Assembly: GCA_050273025.1 (NCBI GenBank)
Contig: CP158636.1
Span: 6,262,001-6,326,000 of the forward strand
Source: Cenococcum geophilum
Taxonomy: Eukaryota
DNA length: 64,000 bases
Reading direction: 5' to 3'
The notes beneath the pieces were generated by a model. It saw only the letters and a list, made by a program, of their open reading frames with translations, had not been told where the DNA came from and made no database searches. A program made the position numbers and the translations under genes. Of the stretch, positions 1-11,300 are shown one piece after another. How positions within the stretch are numbered: the first letter of the stretch is position 1; each line of letters begins with the position of its first letter.

Positions 1-1090
1 TATTAAAGAACTAAACATAAGCCAATCTACTTATGACCCCTACTTACTCCACCTTAATAACCCTATAAATTTTAAAATAGTTGGTTTATAGACTGATAAT
101 ACCCTCCTACTAGCTAACTTAGTCTTTACAGCTTTAGAACAGGAGAAGATTAAAAAAGCTAAGTTCCTAACTAAGGAACGCGAACAACTTACGCCGGAAT
201 ACCTAATTAAGTTTAACGGAGGCATTATCCAATAATAGGATTATATAATTACGCTTATATAGGAGCGCTAATGCTAGAACTTAATCCTTATTAATATTAA
301 GGAAGCTATTATAATAACTAGTTCCAGAGGTACTATTCGCACAGCACTTATACTTAAGGACTAATACATTACCTAATAAGCAAGAGGAGCTTATATTGCG
401 TCCGTATACTAGCCTAAAGCTTCTTTTAATTTATCCTACGCTGCCTAGGTAATTAACCCTAACGAGAAAGACGCAAAACTGCTTAATAAGAGGATTTAGT
501 AGTAAATTAAGAACCTAATAAGAGGTTTAAACTTTGTTAAACTCGATATAGAGATATTATAACTACTTATATTTACTAATTCCTTATTTATAAATAATAA
601 GGATCTCTTATTATAGATTAGATATATCCTAGTACTAGTAAACTTATTAAATAAGGCGAATATCGTCTACTGGTCCTTAGTTAAGTGTAAGAGAATCACT
701 AGAAGTGTACTAGCCTCCGAATTATATGCTATGGCCTATAGTTTTGACATCGGCGCTATAATTAAGGCCACAGTCGAATTATAACTTAACATTAGCCTAC
801 CGCTTATCCTTTGCACCGATTTAAAGTCGATCTATAAATGCCTCGTTAAACTAGGAACTACATAGGAGAAGAGACTTATAATTAATGTTATGTGCCTACG
901 TTAGTTATATAAAAGACGCGAAATAGCTAAAGTTAAGTGGATTAATAGAGACAGTAACCCTATAGACGCTATAACTAAAAGCAAACCGTTATTAGCTCTT
1001 AAGTAACTTATTAACATAAACCAAATCGAGTTAAAGACAGTAGAATGGGTAGAACGTGCTATTAATAATAGCACTGATATAAAGGCATAA
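1..1090 (+). pseudogene. Ty1/Copia pol 3' remnant (RT end + RNase H), RIP-degenerate, runs off the window start
   Basis: De-RIP reading gives IVGLQTDDTL...KAKFLTKEREQL...KFNGG, KCKRITRSVLASELYA, LVKLGTTQEKRLMID and NPADAMTK. Collinear with the RT/RNase H of Copia F at ~43390-44380. Confidence 0.9.
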
Positions 1091-1199
1091 GGAAGGAAGG
1101 AAGGAAAGAAGGAAGAAAAGAAAGAGAAGTGTATATATGGATTTTCGAACTGCACAGTTGTAGGATACTAGTCCTCTGTATTTTCTAAAGTACTCCTAG

Positions 1200-1439
1200 T
1201 GTAGCTAGAATATATTGCATTGCAATAGGAGGCAAATTGCCGCCACGTGTGGCAAGTTGCCGTTACGTGAGGCAAGTTGCCGTCATGTGTTACCGCGGCA
1301 CTAGCGTGGTAAGGAACCTTAAGTTCCTCACCCTTCTTCGTATTGAAAGACAACATCTATCTACAACACCGTATAGTATATATCATTGTGATATATGTAT
1401 TCTGCACGTTGTTAAAGCATACCAATAGGTATAACTAGT
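1200..1439 (+). repeat. Probable 3' LTR of the Copia remnant (right end uncertain, abuts Gypsy E)
   Basis: Starts TGT directly after ttttctaaagtactcctag, which resembles ttttccaagtaccgccag before the 3' LTR of Copia F (44633). No partner LTR in the window. Confidence 0.5.
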
Positions 1440-3265
1440 TGTAATAGGACTAGCTTAGTTACAGTAGGAACGTCTTAGTAAAACACTTAACAGATAAATT
1501 CCAACGCTTTAACTAAATTCTACTAAATTCTGCTAGCTTAATTAACTTCTGCTAAGTTCTACTAGATTAATTAAATTCTACTAAAGTCTATTAAAGACCA
1601 CGTGCATATATGCGTATGTATTAACCACTAAGACCCCTAACTATTTAGTTATAATATTCTCTCGTTATTCTTTTCTTTTCTTTACGCAATGTCTTGTTCT
1701 CTATAAGAGCTATATCCTTAAATTTAAATAGAATATATTTTATTCCTTTAAATCTACTCTAAAGCCTCTTTAAACCCTTATACTATATTATATTAAAACA
1801 ACTACTATTAAAATAGTAAATGAACTTAAACCTCCTATATTAACCGTAAGTATTATAGCCCTAGTTAGGGAATAGTTAACTATAATATAATAGTCTTTTA
1901 TAGATGCCCTATCTTAGTAACGGACTATATTAGAAGCTTAGCACTAGTAATTAATAGAAGCAATCCGCGAAGAACTTTATAATATAAAAGCACTTATAAT
2001 AGAGACTTTAATACTACCTATAAATAAGATTAATATAACTGTATTTAAACCTAGCCCGTTAAATACGAACCTTAAACTAATAATAGGAGCTTAATCTATA
2101 TCTATAATAAATCTAATGCCTATTATAAAATCTAAAAAACTCCCTAACCTTATAATATTTAATAGAAACTAAAATAATTTGCGTTCTTTTATAAATAAGC
2201 TCCGTTTTAAGCTTTTAATAAACTATAACTAATAGCTTATTAAAGCTAGTAAGGTTAGCTATAGAATGTCTTATTTAAGCAAAGATGCTATATAAACTAT
2301 AGACCTATTCTTCTGTAACGGCACCTATATTAATTTTAAAATATTTATTTCTTTACTAGAACGAATATATAATAACACTAGCTATAAATATACCGCTATT
2401 GCTAAACTTAAAAATCTATAATAACGGAACCAAGACTTTACTAGCCTATTTTTAGAATTTCTAGGCCTAGTTAGTAAACTAGATTAAAATAAAGTCGCTA
2501 GAGTTACTACTCTCTATTAAGCTGTTTTAGATAAAATTAGAGCCTAGTTAGTAGGTAGGAAACTACTAAAAGATCTACCCGAATTTGCTATAATATATTA
2601 ATAAATTAATAAAGACCTTTAATATAACAAATAGACTTTTTCTCTAAAGCTAACTACGCCTTATATTTAAAGCTCTATATAACTGGTATATACCTTAAAA
2701 CGTAATCCCTTTCTAAAACTAAAAGGCACTATATATAACCTTATAGACCTTAATACCACTTAACTCTATACACCCTTAGAAACTAATAAATAATAAACTT
2801 AAGCTGTAAACGGGGAATACTTTAGATATAGTAAAAAAGGATATATTTAAAGAAATTACTAAACTTATCCTTTTAAAAAGGTCCCCTAAAGTTTCTCCTA
2901 GTCCTTAAATTATATCTATTTTATAAATTATACTTAGTTGCTATAAAGTACATCGTCTTTAGATAACTTAGAAAACAAATTATCTTAGGGCTAAGTTGCG
3001 ACTTAAGATAGAAAGTATAAGAGTATAAGTACCTAGGCTCTTTTAGCGCTAATATGTAATATAACTCCCTTGATATACTTAGCGAAATTTAAACATTTAA
3101 AAAATAGAAGGAAGTATAAATCCTAATAAATAGCAGAGCTACTAGTATAGGCTTTATTAATATAAACTACGCGAAAACTTAATGTTTAAACTTTAAAGAA
3201 ACTTAATAAGCCCTAAGGCCTATACGGCTTTAATAGTAAACCTTAATATATAGTAAACTAATATA
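1440..3265 (+). mobile_element. Gypsy E, 5' part: LTR (1440-1782), gag relic with zinc knuckle, start of protease; truncated
   Basis: tgtaa...ttata(=ttaca) LTR-like ends; gag motif KLPDPxxFxG at ~2137; CFxCGxKGHxxxxC relic at ~2818-2860; LIDSGATGMGFID relic at ~3123-3161. Confidence 0.75.
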
Positions 3266-3447
3266 TTGGTTAATAGGCTAACGCTTAAGTCCTAATTAAT
3301 ATAGGAGCTAGCGGTATAGGATTTATTAATAAGATCTTTATATAAGATAATAGGTTTACCCTAATAACCCTAAATAAAGCTATATAAGGTAACTATTAAT
3401 TAAGATAACCTTGGGCTTTTATTTACCGCCTCCTATTATAAGTAAAA

Positions 3448-3706
3448 TGTAAAGCATATTGCCTAGATATATAGTAGGGAGCAGGCAAGCCGAGCATAAG
3501 TTATAAGGAGAGTCGATAGAAGAGGACGATATAGTAATAAGGGTAGGTAATAGCCCGAGTATAGAGACGAACTAATAAGAAGGGAGAGGGCTATAAACCA
3601 GAGGTGCTTATAAGGAGGTGCTAAGCCTAGCCTTCGGCTAGGCCTTAGCTACCCCTAAGCGGCCCTTAGGCGATGCACCCAAGTAAGGGTTAAAATAACC
3701 CTTATA
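3448..3706. mobile_element. Solo LTR (259 bp), same family as 33013-33268
   Basis: tgtaa...cttata ends; 5-bp TSD taaaa/caaaa (one C/T difference); empty site present in A3 at ~56736. Confidence 0.9.
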
Positions 3707-3846
3707 CAAAAGTACCTTATAACTTGCTATTTAGACTTTAAACTAAAATCTAAAAAATCTACTAAAATCCACTAGTATAAAATTTCTATATATATCTCTA
3801 CTTTATACTTAAGAAGTCTACCTAATTTTACCTACTTAAGAATTCT

Positions 3847-4037
3847 TGTAAGCTTTGCAGTGTGGGAAAAGAACGAGCGACTTGATTGTAAATCTATGGG
3901 AATCAAGTGGTATAAATACATGAAAGTAGACCCCGAACTCCGAAGCCCATGACTTATTTCCAACGTATCTGAGACATACGAGGTAGTGCTGACGCAGGTG
4001 AAACAGGGTAATATGCAAGGTCCGGTAGTCGGTTACA
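3847..4037. mobile_element. Solo LTR (191 bp), little RIP
   Basis: tgtaa...ttaca ends; perfect TSD attct at 3842-3846 and 4038-4042. Confidence 0.9.
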
Positions 4038-7001
4038 ATTCTACTAAATTCTACTAATATAAGATTTCTGCTAATATCTACTAGGGACCTAAAAATCCCA
4101 CTAACTCATATAAAGCGATTAGGGCTACTACGTTACTCTAAACTAAGTAGAAGCTTAAGCTTAATATATAAAAGTATTAGATAAACTAGTATTTTACTAT
4201 AAAAAGGATACTTAAAGAACCTAAGTCTAAATCTAATACTAACTCTATACCTAACATTAAACCTAAAGCTAAGTAAGAAACTATATAAGAAACTAAAAAT
4301 AATCTAAGCTTACTTAATTCTCTAAATATCTATATAATTAGAGCTATCCTACTAGTATAACTTGGTAGAAAACTCAAATATATAATCTTTACTGTTATAA
4401 CAGCTAATATTAAAAAGGCCTTAGCGCTAAAAAAGTACACTAACCCTACTATAAAGATACTAGTAGAGTACTATAAATGCTTAAATATGTTCTTATAAAT
4501 AGAAGCTAATAAGCTACTAAAATACCAATTATATAACTATAAGATTATACTTAAAGAAGGAAAATATTTTAAATTTAGACCTTTATACAGAATATCCTAA
4601 AATAAACTTTAAGTGTTATAAAAGTATTTAAACAAAAACCTAAGTAAAGAATTTATTAGAGTCGGCTTTTCGCCTATAGCTATATTAATAATCTTTATTA
4701 AAAAACCTAGGGGTGGTTTATACTTCTGTATAGACTACTAAGCCCTTAATACTGTTACTGTTAAGAATTAATATCTAATCCTATTAATATAAAAATGCTA
4801 AATTAACTAAATAAGGCTCGCTTTTATATAAAGCTTAATATTATCTTTATATTTAATCGCCTCTATATTATAAAGGGAGATAAATAGCTTACTATATTCT
4901 ACACCTAGTATAAATTATTTAAGTACTTAATAATACTATTTAGCCTTATAAATGCCCAAAGCTTATTTTAGTATTATATAAATAATACCCTATATTTCTA
5001 CCTAGATATCTTCTATATTACTTATATTACTAATATTTTAATATATAGTAATAATCTAACTAAATACTTAAAATATAGTAATAACCTAACTAAATACTAA
5101 AATATATTTTATTTTATTTTATAAGCCCTATAAAGAGCTAGCCTATAATTAAATATAGATAAATACAAATTCTATAAAATAGAAGTCTTATACCTTAGGC
5201 TTCTTATTTTATAAATGGTATATAAATAGACCTAAAGAAAGTTAAAGTAATTATAAACTAATAAGAACTTAAGAACATTAAGGATATAAAAGCCTTTATA
5301 GGATTTACTAATTTCTACTAATAGTTTATTAATAATTTCTTTACCCTAGTTTTATACCTTATAGCTTTAACCTAAAAGGATAAAGCCTTTATCTTTAATA
5401 AGAAATATAAAAAGGCCTTTACTTATTTAAAGGTTATATTTACTACCGCGCCTATACTTTAATACTTTAACTTAAACTAAATAAGTATTATAGAAGCTAA
5501 TTAATTTAACTATATTATTTGTAACGGAACCTTATAGTAGGTACTACGGTAGGTCCTATTAATGGGCTAGGTGTGTAGGTATTGCAAGTAAGTTAACAAC
5601 GTAATAATAACTAGTGGAGTGGTTGCCTAATAGATTAACTCTAATTGTATTCTGAGAATTATTATAAGGAAGGAAATATCTAGGTAGGGACTAAGGGTCC
5701 TTAAATACACAACTGTACTCCTATAAAATCCTTCTTATATATAATATACGTGTGCTCTATCTACTCTGTTATAGATCCTATAGATCCTATAAATTACACA
5801 GATTACCTTACGTAACTTATACTACCATTCCTCGTTATATAGTTCTACTGGTTCCATCCTAGACCGTGCTTTTATTAACTAACTAGTTTCTTCTAACTTT
5901 TCTTTAAGTAGTTATAATATTATACTTAAAGCGTCCGTAATACTATCTCCCTCCTCTTTATTTTCGTCCTTAAAGATTCTAAATATCTCTAAGTTATTTA
6001 TTAGAGGTGTAATATCCGTCTAATTAATTTAGTTAATATTATTACTTATTATACCTAAAGTAACCTCTTTTTTTTTTATAGCCCATTAGTCTCGTACCGT
6101 TACTGTAATATTATCGCTAGGTGAGATTATACTATCTCTATGTTCTTATTATGCAAAAGAGGGGTTAGTTTATATTACATTAGCAAGTCCTTTATTCTGG
6201 CAACCCTCTTTATATTTAGAGTGCACTAAAGCAAATATTTATTCGTCCTATAACGTTTACTCTATCTTTAACGCTAAGTATACGCGTTCTATTACCCTTA
6301 ATAGTTACTAAGTTCCCTAAGTAATTTAGCGTAGGGTTTTATTGTCGGTATCACCCAAGTGCACTTATATAGCCTATTAATCGTTGATTTGTTCGTTGTC
6401 TAATAGGTAGAGAAAGCAGAGGATCGTAAGGATCGCGGTGCCTAAGTAGGGGGTTGATAAGTCATCATAAGGATGACTAATTAAAGATCTACGACCACAA
6501 CTACGACCACGTAACCTCTGTCCATATATTCCGACACTGGCAGTTCTTTCTTTCTACTTATGGCGCTGCAGGAAGGCAGCAAGGCAGTAAGGTGTCTGTT
6601 TAGCTAGAGGTAGAAGCAGTAAAGGTCTATTCGGGTAGTAGTATGGTACCAGCGGCGGTAGTAATAGTGGTTAAGTATGGAGCTTGTCTATCAGTCGGTC
6701 GGTTAATCGTAGGCGTATAGGCACGATCATTTAGTTGGTAGATCGCAGGCGTATTAGCGCGATTAGTGTCGTAATAGCAGGCATAGCGGCGCTATCAGTT
6801 TGTCGGTGGTATGTGGCAGTACGGTACTAGCGTTAGACGGATTGTAGGCGTAACGGCACAATCGTTTAGTCGGTAGACTGTAGGCGTTTAGGGTACGCTG
6901 TTGACGTAATTTTAACAGACATGTGACCACGTAAGCTCTGTCTATACATTCTAATACTAGTAGTTCTTTCTTTATGCGTAAAATAGCTATCCTAATAAAG
7001 C

Positions 7002-7520
7002 TTAGACCGTATCCAAATTCCTATTTACATCTTTTAGATGACGACATCCCCGAATATGCTTATGGAGAGTAGTATTTAAGGGGAATGTGGATCCATACTT
7101 AGTATATTAAAATAGTTAACAATCTAGCAAATGTTTAAAGAGAGCTTAACCCAAAGGGAACGTAGTAGAGTACTTCTCGCAGGCTCGAGGTTGCGGGGGT
7201 TTGTACAAGCTTGGCTGCCGTAGCTCCTTAGCTTTGGTTAACGAAGAGGGTAAAGCTAGCGGAGCTTGCGCGGGCGGAGCTTGCGCTAGTGTAGCTTGTT
7301 GCTGTAATTACTAAACTATGCTTTATAACTCCTTAATCTCTTCTTTTTGTTCTTAATATGCCTTCTGGACTTTTTCGTACTGTTATTAACGTAGGTCTAA
7401 GATACCTTACTATTGGCGTAATTTCGTTTTAAAAGTCTGCTCTTATTATTAAACTATATTTTATATATCCTTAATCTGTTTTTAATAAGCGGTTATAGTT
7501 AAAAACTCCTATTGGGCTTT
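7002..7520 (-). pseudogene. Cargo ORF relic: Gln-rich coiled coil, Pro/Ala linker and two tandem C2HC zinc fingers (5' extent unresolved, probably to ~8570)
   Basis: One frame whose stops are all TAA/TAG at plausible Gln positions. De-RIP reading at 7181-7044: CEKCSTTFPSGQALFKHLPDC-QPFQ-CTKCGSTFPSNTTLHKHIRGC. Confidence 0.8.
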
Positions 7521-7909
7521 GTTATTGTAGATGTTAATATAGCAAGGCCGCCTAGTGGCCGTATAGCTCTCGCTTTTATATCCTTTGGGAAGTTAAAGTA
7601 GTGCTATTAAGGGTTTATAGCTGCCGCAAATGCTAGCGGATTTAGGGGGGGGGGGTAGATTTAAGAGGGTAGAGGATGGGGAGCGCGTTGGCATTATAGG
7701 CGCGTGCTAGCAGGTCTCACTTCCTCTAGCAGTTCTTTCTTTATACGTAAAACTACCAATATATAAACTCTATTAATGTAGTATTTGTGGCTTATAAGGG
7801 CCGTAAAGGGGGGAGGGGGACGCGCTAGTGTTTAGGGCGCGCTGTTAACGTGATTTTCGACGTGGCAGATCTATAAGGAAGCAGACGGTATTAGGATTAT
7901 AGGGGGTAG

Positions 7910-8390
7910 CTACTAGGTTACGTTGCTACGCTAGGGTACTGCATAAAGCTATTAGGTAGTTGGGTATTAGATACTGCTAACGCTGCTAGGTTATAGGATG
8001 CTACTAAGGTAGCTGCTAGATTATTGGGTATTAGGTGCCGCTAACGCTGCTAGGTTATAGGATGCTGCTAAGGTAGCTGCTAGATTGTTAGGTATTGGGT
8101 ACTACGCGAGGCTGTTGAGTTGCTGTAATGCTAGAGTACTGTGCGAGGCTGTTAGGCGTTAATTTGTATGCTAAGACGCGTACTAGGGGGTGGTTTGCTA
8201 CTAAGTTGCGTAGCTATGCTAGGGTACTACGTAAAGCAGTTAGGTAGTTGGATGTTGGGTGCTGTAAAAGCTGGTATGCTGTGTACGGCTAGAGCGCTGC
8301 CGTAGTACTGCTGAGGTAGCTGCTGCTAGGGTACTGCCCGAGGGCTGTTGGATATTGGGTGCTGTTAAAAGCTGGGGGTACTAGCACTTA
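7910..8390. repeat. Degenerate tandem repeats (approx. 63-bp unit clearest at ~7965-8100) inside the non-autonomous element
   Basis: gctaacgctgctaggttataggatgctRctaaggtagctgctagatt occurs twice in tandem, with further gctagggtactRc variants. Confidence 0.8.
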
Positions 8391-11300
8391 GTAAAGAGGC
8401 CGTACTGGGGGTTAATTTGCGTGCTATAGAATGTCTTATACGTTGCGTATTTATTATATATTCTAAGCTAGCTGGGGTTAGATTGCTGCCGGAGGTTTTA
8501 CTGCTGGGTGCTAGATTACTGCTTATAATTAAACGAAGCTGCTAGGGAGGTAGTAAACCTTGTTGCTCTATAGCCAACCGGTAAGGTTAACCATTGATTA
8601 ATGTCGGTATTACCTAAGTGCACTTGTATGGCCTATTAATCGTTGATTTATTTGTTGTCTAATAGGTAGAGAAAGCAGAGGATCGTAAGGATCGCGGTGC
8701 CTAAGTAGGGGGTTAATGAGTTATTATAAGGATGACTAATTAAAGATCCACGACCACAACCATGACTATGTAACCTCTGTCCATATATTCCGACATTTAT
8801 ATTTAATCTGCTACTACGAAGCTTAATAATAAGCTTTTAGTAGCCCTAGCTAAACTTTATCGTTCCTATAACGCTAAAAAAGAGGCTGCTAATGCTTAAT
8901 AGCGTGCTCTTAACTCTTGTCTTGCCGCGTTTACTTAGTTAATCCGTCTTAAGAAGGTGCGTAAGAAGGTCCGTTTTAAGAAGTAAAAACTTATAGAATA
9001 AGGTCTGCAGAAACTTAGTAATAAGAGAACCAACTCTTTTTCTGTAAAGGAAATAACTCTAAGTAGTTTAGCAGTCGCTCTTCCTAGGTCCCCCTTAGGT
9101 AACTTATTCTTTAGCAATCCTTCTTTATTAATATTACCTAACCTATTTTCCTTTAATACTCCTATACCTTTCCTATAGCATTCTTTAAATTTTTTAGTGG
9201 TTCCTAGGTAGTCTTAGTATAGCCTATCCACTTTACTTTGTACTATATTTTATTATCTATATCCTTATAACTAATAATCTTTAAAACTTACTATTTATCC
9301 TCTTCTTGCCCTCTATACGTGTCTGCTTTATAAACTAGTGGTTTAATATCTCTATATACTAGTTCTAGTATTATAATATGCTATATAGGGTAGATCTTTA
9401 TTTTAGCTAGTAGATTTAACTTAAATATAACTAGTAAAATTCTCTAAATAATTTTAAAAGGTCCTAGTCTAACGTGGTCTAACTTCTTACTTAGTCGTTA
9501 ACTCTTAAAATTTTTGTGTAGTAGCCATACTTTATCTCCCTCCTTAAGATCTGGTCCCTTAGATCTCTTAGCATTATAGTATCTTTTTATTCTTTACTAT
9601 ACTTCCTTAGCTATTTTTATAAGGTTTATATAAAGATTTATTAAAGTCTCTATTCTTTACTTAGCTATACTACTTATTTTCTTTACTTATTATAGCAATA
9701 ACGATATTCTTAGCTTATATCTGTAATTCGCCTTAAATAGTAATATACCTATTCCTTCTTATAGTGTTATATTATATATAAACTATATAACTAGTAACAA
9801 TAATACCTAATTATTCTATGCATAATTAATATAGTGCCTTAAATATTGCTCTAGTGTTTAATTTAATCTTTTTATTTAATTATCTATCTGCGGATAATAT
9901 ATAGTAGAAGTTACTACTTAAACTCCTTATTCTGCTAAGAATACCTCCTAAAATGCTGCTATAAATCTTAGATCTCTGTCTAATATAATTTTACTTAGTG
10001 CTTTATATCTTATAAATACTTCTTTAATATAGATTTTAGTAACATCTTCTACTAATATTTCTTCTACATATGCTATAAAGTATCCCCACTTTATAAGCTT
10101 GTTTACTATTACTAAGATTACATTATAATCTTATCCAGTAATAGGGTCTCTTAACTTTAGTAACTTAATAATAAAGTCCTATAATATGACCTCCTATAGT
10201 CTCCCTAGTATTTTAATAGGTTATAGCCCTCTATACAGCTTATACCTTATTAGTTTATTTCTTTAGTAATCTAGACACTCTTTAATAACCTTTTTAGCTA
10301 TCCTCTAGATTTTGTTAATAATATACTCCTTCTAGAGTCTTATTACTAAGCCTATAGCTCCGTTATATCCTTAAGTTAATCCCCTATAGAAATCTCCCAT
10401 AAAGTGCTCTGCTATACTTCTTAGGATGTACTTTACTTAGTTTTTATATATATCTATCTATAGATCTTCTAGTTACGCCTTTAGAATTCTCTATACCTAA
10501 AAGCTTTCTGGTATCTTATAGACTTTTTTTTAGCTTATCCTTCTAAGTTACTATAATCTTTAGATAATTATACCTAATTAATCTATCTGTATCCTTTTAT
10601 AGTAAAGCCCCTAATAGCTTTTTATTATTTTATAGTTTAGCCTTTTAACTTAACGTATCGGCTTACGTGTTATCTATACCCTTATATACTAAATCTTAAA
10701 ATGGTATTCTATAAGCATCTCTACCTATCTAACCTATCTTTAATTAAGTTCCTTTATTATTAGGAACCCTATTAGGTTCTTATAATCCGTCTTAACTATA
10801 AATAGTTTTTCTATACCTTATAAGAATACTCTCTATTTCTTTAGTGCTATAACTATACCTAGTAACTTCTTATTATAGATATTATAGTTTAGTTCTAGTA
10901 GTGTTATCTTCTAACTATAGTATACTACTAGGTGCTATCTATCTAGATGCTTTTATATAAAGTATACCCCTAGTATAAAGTCTAATATATCTATTTTTAC
11001 AACTATCTCTAGTCCTGGTTAATAGATCTTAAGAACTAGCTCCTAGGTAAACAACCTTTTAACTTCTTAGAATAGTTTTTATTACTCTTTTCCCTATATC
11101 TATAGTTCTTCTTTTTTTATTAATTGCATAAATAGCTTAATGTCCTTTAACCATTGCGCTATAAACCTTCTATAGTAATTGCAAAACCCTAAAAATAATC
11201 TTAACTGCGTAACGTTCTCTAGTTCTTACCAATTAACTATAGCTTTAATCTTCTTTAGATCTATACTAAGTTGGCCTAGTTTAATAATAAATCCGATGAA

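Larger units (their letters stand above)
6343..8795 (-). mobile_element. Non-autonomous LTR element (2453 bp; LTRs 6343-6536 and 8602-8795), Copia-type cis signals, no recognisable gag/pol
   Basis: 194-bp direct repeats with tgtcgg...ccgaca ends; perfect TSD tttat; minus-strand PPT gaaagaaagaactgccag; absent from sister copy B2. Confidence 0.93.
6051..9211 (+). pseudogene. Antisense accessory gene of B1: six-Cys Zn-cluster-like domain + coiled coil, one intron (~6280-6334), exon 2 interrupted by element 6343-8795
   Basis: Collinear with the B2 copy (20425-21109). De-RIP exon 2 reads ...EAADAQQRALNSCLAAFAQSIRLEKVRKKVRSKEWKLVEQGLQELGDERTD... Confidence 0.7.

Noticed and set aside
1091..1129. 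Purine run as the PPT defining an LTR start at 1130
   Set aside because: Comparison with Copia F places the LTR start at 1200 after the ...aagtactcctag motif. This is not certain without the partner LTR.
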